The notes below the pieces were generated by a model that saw only the letters and a program-made list of their open reading frames with translations, searched no databases and was not told the DNA's origin. A stretch of 64,000 nucleotides of DNA from Zootoca vivipara (Eukaryota): the NCBI RefSeq assembly GCF_963506605.1, contig NC_083284.1:28458001-28522000 (forward strand). Direction: 5' to 3'. The position numbers and the translations under genes were made by a program. This document shows, one piece after another, positions 22,801 to 37,615 of the stretch; position 1 is the first letter of the stretch, and each line of letters begins with the position of its first letter.

Positions 22801-25469
22801 CTCTAGCTCCACTGCTGAAATATTCAGGCCATTTGTCACATGCTGAAACATTTAGGCCGGTTCATTGGAGTTTTACCCTTGACGTGAATCCCAAGAAAAA
22901 GTTACAATATCTAGGAAGCCAATCTTCTGTTCGCGGTAACAACGAGAGGTGATACAGAATGTAATATTCTGCAAACATTTCAATGGCAATTAGTTTACTG
23001 ATGTGTTCCTTTAAGCCAGGCCTGCTTTAGTTGGGACCCATGAAGTGGAACACAATATAGTATGCTACCTCTGTCCTGCTGCGGGGTTGACAGCCCTCAT
23101 TTTTGCAAAGGAATAAATACATTTAACTGAGCTGCAGTTGGGTCGACATATGTGGATGGAGGAATCCGTTTGGCTTAAGGGGTCACACATTGTGTATGTC
23201 TGCTTTAGGGTCACAGCCTTCTAATACTCTGCAAATTAATACTGGGCCAAACCACTTTATAATGAGCAAACCTGTGTGGTTGCCTGGGGACAAAATGGAT
23301 GTTAGCCCCTTTTACAAAACCACAACCTAATCCTACATATGTTTACTGAGAATAAAGTTCAAGTATGTTCAGTGGAGCTTACTCTCTGGTAAACAAGCAT
23401 AGGATTGCAGCCTCAGCTGCATATGGATCTCATCAGGATATGTTTGCAAAAGTCATGGTGTAATGAGAGACATATTCCATGTGAATTCCCTAATGTAAAA
23501 AATGCTCTGCCCACGGAAAATTATGGTGCCAGAGTAAAGGATCCTAACCGAACCTTCTCCCCTAATGTTTCAATTTTATGTGTGCGGATTCTGTGATAAG
23601 CATGCAAACATGCAATCGTCTGCCTTTATTCTGAATATAAATCAAATATATTTCCTAAAAGCTTCTACTAGATTTTATGTCCTTGCACAAGGCTCACCCC
23701 TTTAGCAAAGACTAAGAGTGTAGGAAGAAGTATGTTGATTAGACCAAAGGCCCTCTTGGTCCAGCATTCTTTTTGCACAGTGGTCAATCACAGATTTACT
23801 TTCAAACCTGAAAGTTTAGTAAAAAAAAAAAAACACCTAAATGTATAAACAGATCACATTGCTGCACATCAAGCAAGGAAGAGCCTTCCAGAGAAGCAAA
23901 ACTGTAGACAAATTAGATTTCCAAGTGAAATGGTGGAGGAGGATAGGAGAAACAGACATACTTGTTGACTACCATCCATCAAATAACAGAGGTTGAGGAA
24001 AATGTGAACATGCTTAGTTTTCCTGCCTTGCAAAGAGTGATACTACCAGGCTAATCTCTGAGAAGAACATGGTTGCCATTAGTAACAAGATTTACTAGAC
24101 CAGTACATACTGGCAAATGACCATGAATTCTTGGGGCTATGTTATGGATGTTTCCCAATCACACTCAAATCTAGTGTTTGTCCCCCCAATATGGATGGGC
24201 AGAATTTGTTTGTCTCTTGTCCTCCAAGATCAAATTTTCTTAAATTTCTTTAAGGTGACAGCTTTCAAGGATTATACTGTAAATGTTGCACAGGCAGACA
24301 CCCAGCTGTTGACAGGATGGTGCAGACAGCAAAGCATTGCTAGCCGGCTTCCTACCACCAAGCATCATCAAGAGGAACATCAGATTGGCTCCACTGCTGC
24401 GCCCACTTTGAGCTTCGCACAATTGAACCCTCCCCCCTCTCAATAACTGGCAGCAATGCTTGGCAGTTGAGAAACCCTGCTCTGCCCCATCCCTCACTGT
24501 GCACAGGTAGAAAAGGCTACAACAGGAGGACAAGATTAAAGCACAACACCCACATGTTTGCTGCAATGCTCAAGTCTCGGGATAGTCAACACATAATTCA
24601 TTGCACTTTATTCTGGAGATATGAAACTTAATCCTACATCAATCATGACATTTTAAGGTCTAAATTAGGTATTAAGAAATATGAAGATGCTACTGCCCTG
24701 ATGGATCCACCATTTAGTACAATGTTACTAGCTTCCTATACTGCAAATGTGTTAATGTGCAGCTACATACAGAGGGCCAGATAATATCCTCTTACAAAAC
24801 TTTTGTCCCAGCATTATTCGCCTGCATCACAGTGACCAGCAAACAAGGATTCTGTGACCATCTGTGGAGTCCTTACCCTCCAGTTAGGAACTACAAGTTC
24901 AGCCCTTTCCAAGAAGTAGATTCTGTTTCAGCTACACAATCTAAATTTTCATTGGAATAATCAGTATTCAGCCCTGGTTATAGTCAGAATTACAAACAGG
25001 ACCAAACAAGTAAACAGCTTTAATCTTAACAGGTGGCCGTGAGAGATGGAAGTGATTAAGACTTATCAAACATATTAGGAAGCCAAGTGATTAAGTGCAC
25101 ATGTTCTGTCATCTTCCTGCAAGCCAAATTTGTTTATGCAAAACCGAACAGAATGTCATAAGAAGACTATTTGTTAACAAGCGCTTTGCATGTCAAACAC
25201 CAATCCTCACCCTTTTAAGTTGGAAACCAAACATCACAAAAACACTCAGCAGCTTGCCAATTACTCGAATACGTAGTCTGTGGTAAACAGAATTCTCTAG
25301 GGCATCCACTTTGTTTTCGAAATTTGTGTCTTCTATGTTCTGTCAGATCTATAGATAAGTAGAACTACTTCATATTAGGTGACAGAGACACATACAGCCA
25401 GTTGTAAGAACATGATGGCACTGAGGGATTGCCAGCAAAATCTACAAGTAGGGAACTGGAGCTGTGAGC

Positions 25470-25810
25470 TGTGTGTGGCAGCAGTGAAAAAGGTGAATTT
25501 CATGTTAGGGATCATAAGGAAGGGAGCTGAAAGGCAAACTGCAAATATCAAAATGCCATCATACAAATCTATAGTGCATCCACATTTGGAATACATTTGG
25601 TCTCCTCACCTCCAAAAGGGATATTGTGGAGTTGGAGAAAGATCAGAAAAGGACAACGAAAATGTTCAAGGGTATGCAGCAACACCCTTATGAGAAAAAG
25701 CTACAACTATTGGGGAATTTTAGTTTCAAGAAAAGACGAATAAGAGGAGGCCTATATAAAATGGGCACAATATGGAGAAAGTGGACAGATAAAACTTTTT
25801 ATCCCTCTTG
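25470..25810 (+). mobile_element. Old CR1 LINE RT fragment
   Basis: CVAAVKKVNFMLGIIRKG, YKSIVHPHLEY, ELEKDQKRTTKM..PYEKKL in shifted frames. Confidence 0.75.
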
Positions 25811-25909
25811 TTATTTTTTGTGACTGTAAGGTTTTTTACAATATTGTATTTTAATGTTGTATTTTAATTTTTGTAACCCACCCCGGGACCTTAGGAGGAA
25901 GGGCAAGTA

Positions 25910-25953
<44 letters not shown>
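25910..25953. repeat. (AAT)n microsatellite
   Basis: Seen directly. Confidence 0.95.
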
Positions 25954-25954
<1 letters not shown>

Positions 25955-26140
25955 CACCTTGAGGAACTATTTTTATTGATCATTTTAATATTTCTCTTAG
26001 AAGTATTGTAAGAATCAAGCAGCATATAACGGTTATTAAACAAATACATTATTTTGTATGTCACAAATCTTCCAACTTTTAGCTGCATTGGATGTCCACT
26101 CAGTAATTCATCATTTTCTTGAAGAGTTACAAATTCAACC

Positions 26141-26380
26141 AGGCAGAGGGCCTTCTCGGTAGTGGCACCCACCCTGTGGAATGCCCTCCCATCAGATGTC
26201 AAGGAAATAAACAACTATCTGACTTTTAGAAGACATCTGAAGGCAGCCCTGTACAGGGAAGTTTTTAAAGTCTGGTGTTTTATCACATTTATTATTATAT
26301 TATTATTATCATTAGTTCTGTTCGGAGCCGCATAATAATACTAATACTAATACTAACAACAACAACAGCAGCAGCAGCAC
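26141..26380 (+). mobile_element. L2-like LINE 3' fragment
   Basis: Reverse complement of the blocks at 22690-22800 and 55130-55255. Confidence 0.65.
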
Positions 26381-27079
26381 AGACTAGGACATAAGTTCTC
26401 CAGAATTTTGAGATTTTAAAGTATCTCTGAATGTTAGTGCAACATCAACATGCATCAGTATGTGTAATATGGTGCTGTTTTCCAACCACATGTGTCACAA
26501 TGTCATGCATCACAACATGTTCCTTGCTTACTACAGCTGAGTGACATACAGCCACTGCAGGCTGCAACACAAGCAGAAGAACAGGCAGCAGCAGCAACAT
26601 GCATAATGCAGGTCTAAAACAGAAGGGCCCATGTAGCTGTTCCTTGCGAAGAACTTTTACTCAGGAAAAAAAGCTTTTGCCTGACATTCAAGAGAAACAG
26701 TGGCCAAAAGTCAACTAGCTAAATCAGAAAGGAGCACTCAAACAAGAGTGAAAAAGATATGTTGAACAAGGGAATAAACTACATAGATGTTTCTTAAAGC
26801 ATGGTTGGTGTTTGCATGGTTTCAAATGTCAACGTTTAAACTGATTGGTTCCTTTGGCAAAGAGTAACTAAAGGGTTAAAGTAAAATTCCAGGAGCACCT
26901 GCACTGCAAACTGTATTGTGAAAATATTAAAGTATGGTGAGTAGAAGTTAGGGTTCTCTATAATGATTATCCTATTGGATTTCATTTTTTAAGCAACTAA
27001 TTCCAAATTTCGGCACCAGTGATTTTTACAGGGGAGTTATGGCAACTTTCGTTTAATACAAATAGGCAAGTCTACACTA

Positions 27080-27235
<156 letters not shown>

Positions 27236-28094
27236 CTACCGGGAAGAAGGGGGAAGGAGGGAAAAGAGAAGAGTTAACTTAGCTGCGAAAGAAAACATAA
27301 TGTTTATTATTCTTATTGCTCCAAGAGTCTAATTTCTTTAGCTTCCATTACATATCACACTATAATATCAAACTCAGGTTTTAAGAGTTTAATAATGGTT
27401 ACACTTTAAGATTACAATTACTCTTTAGGATAATACAACAAAATGCCTGAATGAATACTGCTACTCTACTCATTGCAAAACAAACCAGGTTATCTAACTT
27501 AACTATAGGCCAAATTTGTTTTTTATTTCTCAAATGGTTTGGCTCATAAAAATTCAATTAATCTTTATTGGTTCTTGAAACTGCTTGCGGCAGAAGAAAA
27601 GGGTCCTTGTTACTTCCATATTTGCACTACAGTTTTTATAGCAAACACTGGCTTGATTTCTTAATGATAACCTTAAGTTCACTTAAAACTTCTGTTTGTG
27701 TCCAGTTCTACTAATGCTATTGTTCAATAAAATTGTTAAAGAGACTTTGGCCCACAAAACCCTTTTACTATAGTCGGAAAAGAAGATTTTGAGCATTATA
27801 AAAACTATTGTGAGAAAGACAACTACTTGAAAGATTCATTGCAACTAGATAGTAATGAGAAAGTACTTTTTTTTTACACAACTTTGACTGTAGTTTATGT
27901 TCATTCCAAAGGGACTTAATCCAGCAATCTTGTTTAAAAGAACATTTTGGAATTTTCGTGAATATGAGATGGAATGCTGGACCTAGCCACAGTAAAATAC
28001 AATGGGAAGAATTCAGGCAAGGACATTTGATTGATTTAAGTAGGAAACTTAAGGTTTTTTGATGTCCCCAAAATATAGCTTGCCCAGATGACAC

Positions 28095-28240
28095 CATAGA
28101 ATCATAGAATATAGTTGGAAGGGACTGTGAGGGTCATCTAATCCAACCCTCTGCAGCAATGCAGGAATCTTTTCGCCCAATGGGAGGCTTGAACCCACGA
28201 CCCTGAGATTAAGAGTCTCATGTTCTACCAACTCAGTTAC
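28095..28240 (-). mobile_element. tRNA-Lys(CTT)-derived SINE with CR1 tail
   Basis: Minus strand gactcttaatctcagggtcgtgggttcaagcc (tRNA-Lys-like arm), then ggttggattagatgacc...ccttccaact..attctatgattctatg. Confidence 0.8.
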
Positions 28241-28447
28241 AGGTATATATTTACGACTCCAACAGCCTCTGCCAGTGAAATAAAGTGGTGAGAAGTAAAA
28301 GAGGCGACCACTGCTGGGTGACAACTGTGAGGGGACAGCAACACCACACTCTCGGTAGGAGCCATCATAAGGTAGCTGCAAAGGCTACACTGGCTACCAA
28401 TTTCATTCAAAGTGTTAGTGATTCCCTTTAAAACTCTAAACAGCTTA

Positions 28448-28830
28448 CAGGTGAAACTCGGAAAATTAGAATATCGTCGAAAAGTGCATTTATTTCAGTA
28501 ATGCAACTTATTATTTTTTACTTTTCTTTTAATTTTTACAAAAGCTTTCTTCTGGAAATTTCATAGTAATAAAACAAAGTTACAATAATACAACTTCATC
28601 ACTATTACATTTCATTAATTACATTCCATCACTATTACATTTCATTAATTACATTCCATTTATTATTGAGCCGCCTAATGACAAATAATTACAATTACAA
28701 CAAATAAAGGCTTGATATATTTTGCTTTGCATGTCATGCATCTATCTCATATATTGGTTTCACCTTTTAAGTTGCATTATTGAAATAAATGCACTTTTCG
28801 GCGATATTCTAATTTTCCAAGTTTCACCTG
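28448..28830. mobile_element. Tc1-like MITE inserted in an L2 remnant
   Basis: ~60-bp TIRs CAGGTGAAACTCGGAAAATTAGAATATCG.../...CGATATTCTAATTTTCCAAGTTTCACCTG; TA flanks; internal ~30-bp tandem duplication. Confidence 0.88.
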
Positions 28831-30139
28831 TAGGTCCAGTGTACCTTATGAATGGCCTCTTCCCTTACTACCCTGTCCACCTCTATAGATCAGAAGGACA
28901 TCGCCACCTAGGGTGGAAACTCAGCTGCCTGGGACAAGAGCAAAGGCCTTCTCAGCGACTGCACTCAGATTATGGAACACTCCTGCCCCACAAACTAGAT
29001 TTGGCACCTTTTTATTTGGATAGAGTTTGAAGCTCTAATATATAGAAATCAAAGCCAAGGACACCACAATGCAGACACTGGCTGCTTCTGGCCACTCAAA
29101 TGGGTACTGTCTTGAAAAGTTCAGGCAGACTGTGTTTGTTTGAATGCAGAATCTTCCAGTTCAGTCACTTCCAGCTCTTTTCACAGTAAGGACCAATGAA
29201 TATGAATTATAGGGCAAAAACTCAACATATATTCCTGATCTCTCCATGGATACAACTGTAAGAAGAAATATCCTCTGAATGGAGGTTTAGGCTTATGTGT
29301 ACTAGTTCAGGATTTTATTTTATTTTTAAAATCAATATAGTTAACTTTTTTCCATTACAAAACATGTAACTGTTAAAAGTTTAATCAAAACCATAAGTTT
29401 ACCTGCCAGTTAGGTAAGGCGGCAGATGATAATGACCTTCTAGATACTTCTTTTAATCCTAATAAATCCTGCCACTAGCTCCTGCATGACTAGTGGATAA
29501 ACAATGTCAATATTTACTCTGTTTATCGAAAGTCGGGATTTACAGAGTGAGGGGGAGACAGTGTTGACTTAGCTCATCTTATCAAATGCAACAGCACAAA
29601 ACAATAATGAAATCAAAGTGAAGGCAAATACAAACCCGTCAATACTTCAAACTCAAGACCACAGCCTTGGCCCTAAGAGGGCATGCAACGTGAAATGACT
29701 TAACAAAGAAGGGAAGAGTTGAGCATTTCCCCCAAGAAGCTATGTACTTTGAGTCATTGGGCTTTTTCAATAGCTGTCAGCAGGTATACGAAGGCAATGG
29801 AAGAAGAAGAAATGTTGAAAGAATGATTTATTCCAGCCTTTCATACCCTTCTGGGGCCCTGATTCAGAGACACAGTTAACCACATGCTCAATTTTAACGT
29901 AATGCTGAAGTTTTCAATCTTGACACTGCAGTGTTTTTCAGAGCTTTTAAATAATTGCATAATAAATGTATTTTCCAAAGCGAAAGTCCTTTAGTCAGAT
30001 GGTTCCTACTGGGACATCAAGACATACTAGCTTTCAAGTAAGACTTTTACTCAAAATAATAAATTTACATTGCATAAGTCAAGTGATTTGCGCTATTTGT
30101 GATGTCAAACCACTGCATTAGCAGCATTGAAATGATATC

Positions 30140-31650
30140 CACCTGGGTGCTTGCCCAGATGACAAGACACCCCTCTCAGCCTTGCTGGTGTGGTCCAAAG
30201 GAAAGCAGAGCAATGCATTTGGCACCAGCTTGGCTACAGGAGTTGCTGGATGGAGGAAAGCAAGGCACTCTCCAACTGCTGTCCAACTCCACTCTGGATT
30301 TGTATAGGGTTTACTCTTTAGCTCCCTCCCTCCACAAGATATCGCTCAAGGCAGCAGAGGTTTAGGATCAGAGTTTTCCTTCTCCTGGATGGGCTACCTT
30401 CCCAGGTCAATGAGCCCCACCTGCCTCTCACTTAGAATCATAGAGTTGGAAGAGACCACAAGGGCCATCCAGTCCAACCCCCTGCCAAGCAGGAAACACC
30501 ATCAAAGCATTCTTGACATATGGCTGTCAAGCCTCTGCTTAAAGACCTCCAAAGAAGGAGACTCCACCACACTCCTTGGTAGCAAATTCCACTGCCGAAC
30601 AGCTCTTACTGTCAGGAAGTTCTTCCTAATGTTTAGGTGGAATCTTCTTTCTTGAAGTTTGAATCCATTGCTCCGTGTCCGCTTCTCTGGAGCAGCAGAA
30701 AACAATCTTTCTCCCTCCTCCATATGACATCCTTTCATATATTTGAACATGGCTATCATATCACCCCTTAACCTTCTCTTCTCCAGGCTAAACATACCCA
30801 GCTCCCTAAGCCGTTCCTCATAAGGCATCGTTTCCAGGCCTTTGACCATTTTGGTTGCCCTCTTCTGGACACGTTCCAGCTTCTCAGTATCCTTCTTGAA
30901 CTGTGGTGCCCAGAACTGGACACAGTACTCCAGGTGAGGTCTGACCAGAGCAGAATACAGTGGTACTATTACTTCCCTAGATCTAGATGCTATACTCCTA
31001 TTGATGCAGCCCAGAATTGCATTGGCTTTTTTAGCTGCTGCATCACACTGCTGACTCATGTCAAGTCTGTGGTCTACCAAGACTCCTAGATCCTTTTCAC
31101 ATGTACTGCTCTCAAGCCAGGTGTCACCCATCCTGTATTTGTGCCTTTCATTTTTTTTGCCCAAGTGTAGTACCTTACATTTCTCCTTGTTAAAATTCAT
31201 CTTGTTTGCTTTGGCCCAGTTGTCTAATCTGTTAAGGTCATTTTGAAGTGTGATCCTGTCCTCTGGGGTATTAGCCACCGCTCCCAATTTGGTGTCGTCT
31301 GCAAACTTGCTCAGGATGCCCTCAAGCCCATCATCCAAGTCATTGATAAAGATGTTGAATAAGACTGGGCCCAAGACAGAACCCTGTGGCACCCCACTAG
31401 TCACTACTCTCCAGGATGAGGAGGAGCCATTGATGAGCACCCTTTGGGTTCAGTCAGTAAGCCAGTTACAAATCCACTGAATGGTAGCATTGTCTAGCCC
31501 GCATTTTACCAGCTTCTTTACAAGAATATCATGGGGCACCTTGTCAAAGGCCTTGCTGAAATCAAGATAGGCTACATCCACAGCGTTCCCTTCATCCCTT
31601 CAGCATGTGCAGAAAGCACCTTCTTGACCCTTGGAACCACTATGGGTCGC
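30140..31650 (-). mobile_element. Older repeat (RTE-like 5' sequence) interrupted by the CR1
   Basis: ggtagcccatccaggagaaggaaaactctg motif resembles RTE-clade 5' regions; sequence appears to resume after the CR1 (ccttcagcatgtgcagaaa). Confidence 0.35.
30433..31596 (-). mobile_element. Young 5'-truncated CR1 LINE (RT C-terminus + 3' UTR)
   Basis: [38 protein letters not shown] motifs; ORF 30502-31440; one TGA (likely from CGA) just upstream; ends ccttccaactctatgattcta. Confidence 0.95.
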
Positions 31651-32863
31651 GTTAATTAATGAGAAACTAAACTGCTCTTAGTGCTGTGTCATCTTGCTTA
31701 TGAGTGCATCTCGAATGAATGAATGAATGAATGAATGAATTCATAGTGGCATCTCTAATGCATGTTCCCCAAAGGGAATTTGGACTTGCATTTCCTCCAC
31801 AGCAAGCCCTCCACCAAACTTCATGGCAAACTACTTTTGAAGTCAATGTTACATCATGCCCAAGCCTTCCAAAGGATTCCAGCAACTCTGCCAAGTTGCA
31901 TGCAACCATTCTTTAGGAATTTGTTTTGAAAATATACACCACTAGGATTTATAAAGATTTCAAACAGGATATCATGGGATAAGCTTATTAAATTACCGTT
32001 GACAATTTTTGAACTTCACCTGTACTCCTATATGGAAAAGGCTTCAATTCTCATTTTGACTAGAAAATGTCTACTCATATGTAAGCCCCATTGAGTTCAA
32101 TGGAACTTAGTCTCAGATACTGTATATATTTGCTGCAGCATGTTATAAAGTTTTACACTACCCCACAGTGAGACACCTTAACTTACACAGTGCACATGAT
32201 AGATGCCTTTATGGTTCTGTAAATGGCATACAATTTCAGAATGTACTAGACCAATATAACTTTCACTCCATGACACTAGGGAAATAAATGCTAAATTCTT
32301 GTGAATTAAGAGAAGTTGGTTTAGAAATATTATACACTGGTTGATGATAATGCTGACAGATTCCACATAGAAAACTACTAACATACTCTTTGCATCCACA
32401 TTTGCAATGTTTCCCGAACCAATCAATTAAAATAACACAAGTTCTTGCATATATTTTTCTCTGAAGGAAATGAACAATCCTATTGTTATCAGAATAAGGA
32501 ATGAGAGTGAGATATGAGGAAGAAATTGTAGTAAGTCGCATTCAAAGGAACAAAGATTGTTGGGGAGTCTTAAAACAGCTCCACTGATTCTTAAATAAGA
32601 TTGGACCACACAAATAAGCTTGAAGGTCTTCATTGCTTGCTTTTCAAAACTGTGTTTACAACTACCTTAATTCTAGTATTTGCATATGCTAGCACTTTTC
32701 ATAAGTATTTATTACTCTGTTGGTATGGACAATCCACAGTTGAAAGTATTTACCTTAAAATAAATTCCATTATCTGTAAATTCAAAGGTAAGCATAGTAC
32801 ACACTGAACGAATTTAACCTATTACAATGACCTCAGTTGTTACAAACTACGTGTTATACTTAC

Positions 32864-33024
32864 TTTTTTATGACTCTTAAGCACAGACGGTGTCACAAAG
32901 GCTTTGTCACACAAATCACATTTGTATTTCTTATGGCCATCATGAACTACTTGTATGTGAACATTCAATGTGTCCTTCCTTTTGAATGTTGCATCACAGT
33001 GATCACACTTAAAGGTTCTTTCAC
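32864..33024 (-). CDS. PRDM5: PRDM5 exon 12, 161 nt
   Basis: caag|GT acceptor (AAG type), AAA|gtaagt donor; encodes (S)[53 protein letters not shown]. Confidence 0.94.
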
Positions 33025-33114
33025 CTTGTAGAGGGAAAAAAGGAATAAAGCTTTGTTAGTACCGGTAGTAGACTTAGCTTAACTTCCACTATCATACTAA
33101 GTCCTAACTTCATA

Positions 33115-33357
33115 CAGTCATAGCTTGGTTTTTGAACGCCTTGTAACTCGAACGTTTTGGCTCCCGAGCGCCACAAACCCAGAAGTGAATGTTTCGGTTT
33201 ATGAACTTCTTTTTGGAAGCCGAACGTCCGATGTGGCTTCCGATTGAGTGCAGGAAGCTACTGCAGCCAATCAGAAGCTGCACCTTGGTTTTTGAATGTT
33301 TTCAGAAGTCAAACGGACTTCCTAAGCAGATTTCATTCGAGGACCAAGTTACGACGG
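33115..33357. mobile_element. Degenerate Tigger-like MITE
   Basis: TA-CAGTCATAGCTTGG ... CCAAGTTACGACGG-TA imperfect TIRs. Confidence 0.65.
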
Positions 33358-33752
33358 TATAATCCTCCTGCTACAATTTCTTGAGAGATGTCCAAGAAAG
33401 CACATTTCTCAGGCATCCACTTTAGAAATCTACACTCAGTGCATTCCAGGTATATCTTGGATGTATTTTCCTATTCTATAAATTACTCAAGTGAAGACGA
33501 ATTTGCACATTTCTCAGCAATGAAAAAGTTAAGGCGGCATACAGCTAAAACAGAAAAAGCTAAAAATGTAGATAGGAAGTGTTGGTCATCGCTATTTATA
33601 TATTTGGGCCTGATTGACCATTCTGAAACCTCTGAAAAATGTAAACTCACAAAAAGTAATGCAAGCTGCAGACAGCCCCATACTCTTGTGAATACAACAA
33701 AACATAAAATGCAAGCAGATATACAGTACTAATTTTATTGTATTGCATAGTA

Positions 33753-33842
33753 GTTTTAAAAATATATTGTTATTAAAGATTTCTTCATTTACAAAAATAT
33801 GTGCATTGTCTCTTTTTTCAAGTTGTACTTTCTACAGATCAG
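33753..33842 (-). mobile_element. 90-bp retro-insertion (probable LINE 3' UTR end)
   Basis: 19-bp direct repeat TTTATTGTATTGCATAGTA at 33734-33752 and 33843-33861; A-rich end on the minus strand. Confidence 0.6.
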
Positions 33843-34535
33843 TTTATTGTATTGCATAGTATTGTGTTGGTTTTGTTTTATTGACAGTTGGGTATTAGAC
33901 ATCTAAAAAAATTTTATAGAGAAACGGAGACTATGAAATTTTGAAGTGAATGAATAATTAACTGCTTCAGCACAATATTGGACCAGGGGTAGTGTTTGGC
34001 ATTTTACAGGATTTCGCTTACTCTATAGGAGTGAGGGGCCTAGTTAACAAGAGAATCATTCAATACCTTCAGAAACTTGTTACAAGCACAATTATGCTGT
34101 ACAAACATGGCACATTTTCTTCGTTTCTGTACATGCCACCTTTGAGTCTCAAAGGATTATCTAAGAATCTCAGGTCTTCTATGAGTCATACAAAAGATAC
34201 ACAACCAAATCTCAACTCGCATGCTTGGGCACCAGAGGAACAACGATCAGGATGATCAGGCATCAAGGAGATTTTAAAAAATGCCTAATGGATTTCAAGG
34301 TGGAGAAACAGATTTTGAAGACTATAGGGAATTCTTTGACTTTCACAGCCACAACTTTTAGTTTTGTTTGAATTGCTTCTTAGTTGTAGCAGTGGGGAAT
34401 GGTACTGAAATGTTTTTGTTTGTTGAACAGACCCCCAAATTCACATGGGATACTGCAGTACTCTAGCTGTTTTTATTTATGCTGTAAGCCTCCCAGAGTG
34501 GCTGGGGAAACCCAGCCAGATGGGCAGGGTATGAA

Positions 34536-34586
<51 letters not shown>

Positions 34587-34934
34587 GGCTAAAGCTTGTC
34601 ATGTAACACAGGGATGTAGAGAGCAACATCACATAAAAATGTATCATGTTACAATAATAATACTTAGCATTTATATAATGCTTTTAAAGTGTTCACAATG
34701 CTTTATGTATCAAGTTGTAATCCTTCCCGCAATTCTTTAAGGCAGATCATCTGAGGCTACCATTCTTGAGGAGCTAACTTATGACTAAGGCAACCAAGTT
34801 CAGGACACAGATGAAATTTGAATCATGAGGTACATTTCTGCATAAGGACTTTAATTCTTCCCCAATGACGTCACCTTCTATATCACCCTCAAATATCCAT
34901 GAATACAATTATATTCCCCTTCATGTGTGCTAAA

Positions 34935-35090
34935 ATAGGAACACAGGAAACTGCCTTATCCCAAGATGGTCTATCTAGCTCAGTATTTTCCACTCTGACT
35001 GGCAGCAGCTCTCCAGGGTTTCAGACAGGAGCTTTTCCTGTCCAACCTGGAGACTCCAGGGATCGAACCATCTGACCTATGGACCTTCCC
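34935..35090 (-). mobile_element. Degenerate tRNA-derived SINE
   Basis: GGTTCGATCCCTGG B-box-like on minus strand; tail ataaggcagtttcctgtgttcctat. Confidence 0.5.
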
Positions 35091-35797
35091 TATGCTAATC
35101 ACAGGCAGCACAAAGGACTGAATTGGAATATACATAAAACTCTCTGTAGAGATCCACATTCCTAGGGTGAATGTCCTAGACTAGGTGTTCACCACATGAA
35201 TTATGGTCATTAGGAGTTTACCAACCATTGCCTGCCAATGACATACCTTGAAAAAAGGAACGCTCATTACAAAATGGGCAGGATTTACTGGTGAATGGTA
35301 CTAAGCAGTAAGGTCAGGAGGGGCAGGATACTCACCACTGGGGTTTTATACAAGTGAGACAAAGTGCGCTGTATAAATTTGCCTATTCCTGGGTAAGGAG
35401 TAGATGGAAGAGCTGAGAAAACAGGCACGTCAATTTTGAGCATTGAATCAGGATTACATCTTCTGAAGAACTCGTTCATATTGCCCACATTAACAGAAGG
35501 ACTCAACACCCAGGGGTGTTTGTTAAATAATAAACACATTTCTCTTCCTGTAGCTCTCAGTCTAATGGTATATTAAAGGTAATTTTTCTATTGAATCAAA
35601 TAGACAAAGACTCCGTTCCCTGCCAAAGATAGAATGCATCACTAGTTTGTTGATAAACTACATGCCACTTTGCTAGTCATGGTTAGAGTTTTAAAATCCG
35701 CTATCTAAATCTCCCTCCCCCTCTCTCTGTGTGTGTGCATTTAGTGAAAAGACCCTACACCAGACAGTCTTCTAAACTAACAGTGCATTTACTCTCA

Positions 35798-36007
<210 letters not shown>

Positions 36008-37567
36008 TCATTACAATAATTGCGGCTAACCTTGCTGGCTGAGTTCAGAAGAGATATTGCCTCGGTCCACCAAAAAAGCAACAAAGGTTTAAAACCACAT
36101 GCTCCTGTGATGGAGAAGCTTATGTTTGGTTGAGAAATGTACATATAAACGTGGCCATAGAAATAAAAAACGCACTCAAGATTTTTTTTGGTGGTTCAGA
36201 TGCCGAACATGAAAGAATGACATCTCCTCGCTTAATTGCAGCCTACTTTTCTGCCAGCTGCTTAGCTCTATTTTCTGAAGCTTAAAAAATGAAGTTAGAA
36301 CTCAAATCCTGTCTCTCAGTTCAACCTTGTTTATTTTTTTGAAACTGAGATCAGTAGTATCAAAATTTTGGTGAGTAGATTTTGTTGTTGCCACATTTGA
36401 AGTGCTTCATGGCTGAAATAAGCTTCAAATCATAAATAAAACATAAAGCCTGAAAGGACACCCCCACCCCCATCAGACGTCTTCTTGGATTTCCTCCTGG
36501 AAAATGTATAATACACTGGAATAATCGGGTTGTTAAGATATTTCTGTGTTTTTAATTTTCTCTCATTTCCAGATACATGAAAGAGGTTTGTTGTTGTTTA
36601 ATGCTCTTGGGTAGATCTAGAACTGTACTTACTTTAACCGAAAATCAGTAGATTTCTGTTAACTAGGAGCACAGTGAGAATTGTTTCATTATAGTTCAGA
36701 GTGCATGACTACTGCACAAATTTATATTCAAATGCAGTATTTTGCTTAAGGTAAAAATGAATACGCAACACAAATTCTATGTATCCGCACATAGGGCAGG
36801 GTGGGAGAGATGTAAAATTCCATTAAATGTAAAATGCAAAATTATTCAAAGGCATTGCTCGTGACTTAGACCAGTAACAGAACCTGTAAGGACTGCATTC
36901 CACCAAAGTTTTGTAGTCACTTTCACTGATATTCTCCCAAGGATTTCTGAAGTTGACCAAGGTTAACATACGGCTCAAGCAAGAACCTCTTGCCCTACTA
37001 GAACACAGCTGCTTTCCCTCATGTTTGCCTCACTTACAGATTTACCCAACCAACAAGCTTTTTCAGACATAATTTATTATAAAAAATATGAAGCCAAAAC
37101 ACCACCTGCGGTTCTGAAATTCTTCGAAAAATGAAGTAGTTTTGCAGTATCAAAGAGTTCCTTCAGAAAAATTCAGCTACATAAAAAATTAATGGGTTGT
37201 ATCTATTGGAAGGGGTCTTTCAATTCCTGAAAGTAAAGGCCTAATAATGGAATGGGGATAGACAATTTTCTTCACCGATTTCCTCTTCCCCTGCTGCACC
37301 CTGCAATTCTTCTTACACTGGCTAGAGAGCCCCCAACCCTCCAGAACAGAATTTAAGGGAACTGGGAGCTCCAGAATAAAGAGATAAGTGGTGAAAATTG
37401 CCTCCCTTGCTTTCTGTTCATGGATGCAAAAGCTCTTCCGTAACTGGAAGGGAACCATTGGATACAACCCAATGAAAAGGCCACCAGTGAATTGAACAAG
37501 CATGAGTTGTGTCCTGGGTTTGTTGCTGTTATTAAGTTTACACTTTTGTATCTGGATACATCTATTT

Positions 37568-37570
<3 letters not shown>

Positions 37571-37613
<43 letters not shown>
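37571..37613. repeat. (TA)n microsatellite
   Basis: Seen directly. Confidence 0.95.

Positions 37614-37615
<2 letters not shown>

Noticed and set aside
28165-28240. tRNA-Lys gene
   Set aside because: Mismatched stems and fused to a CR1 tail, so it is a SINE head.
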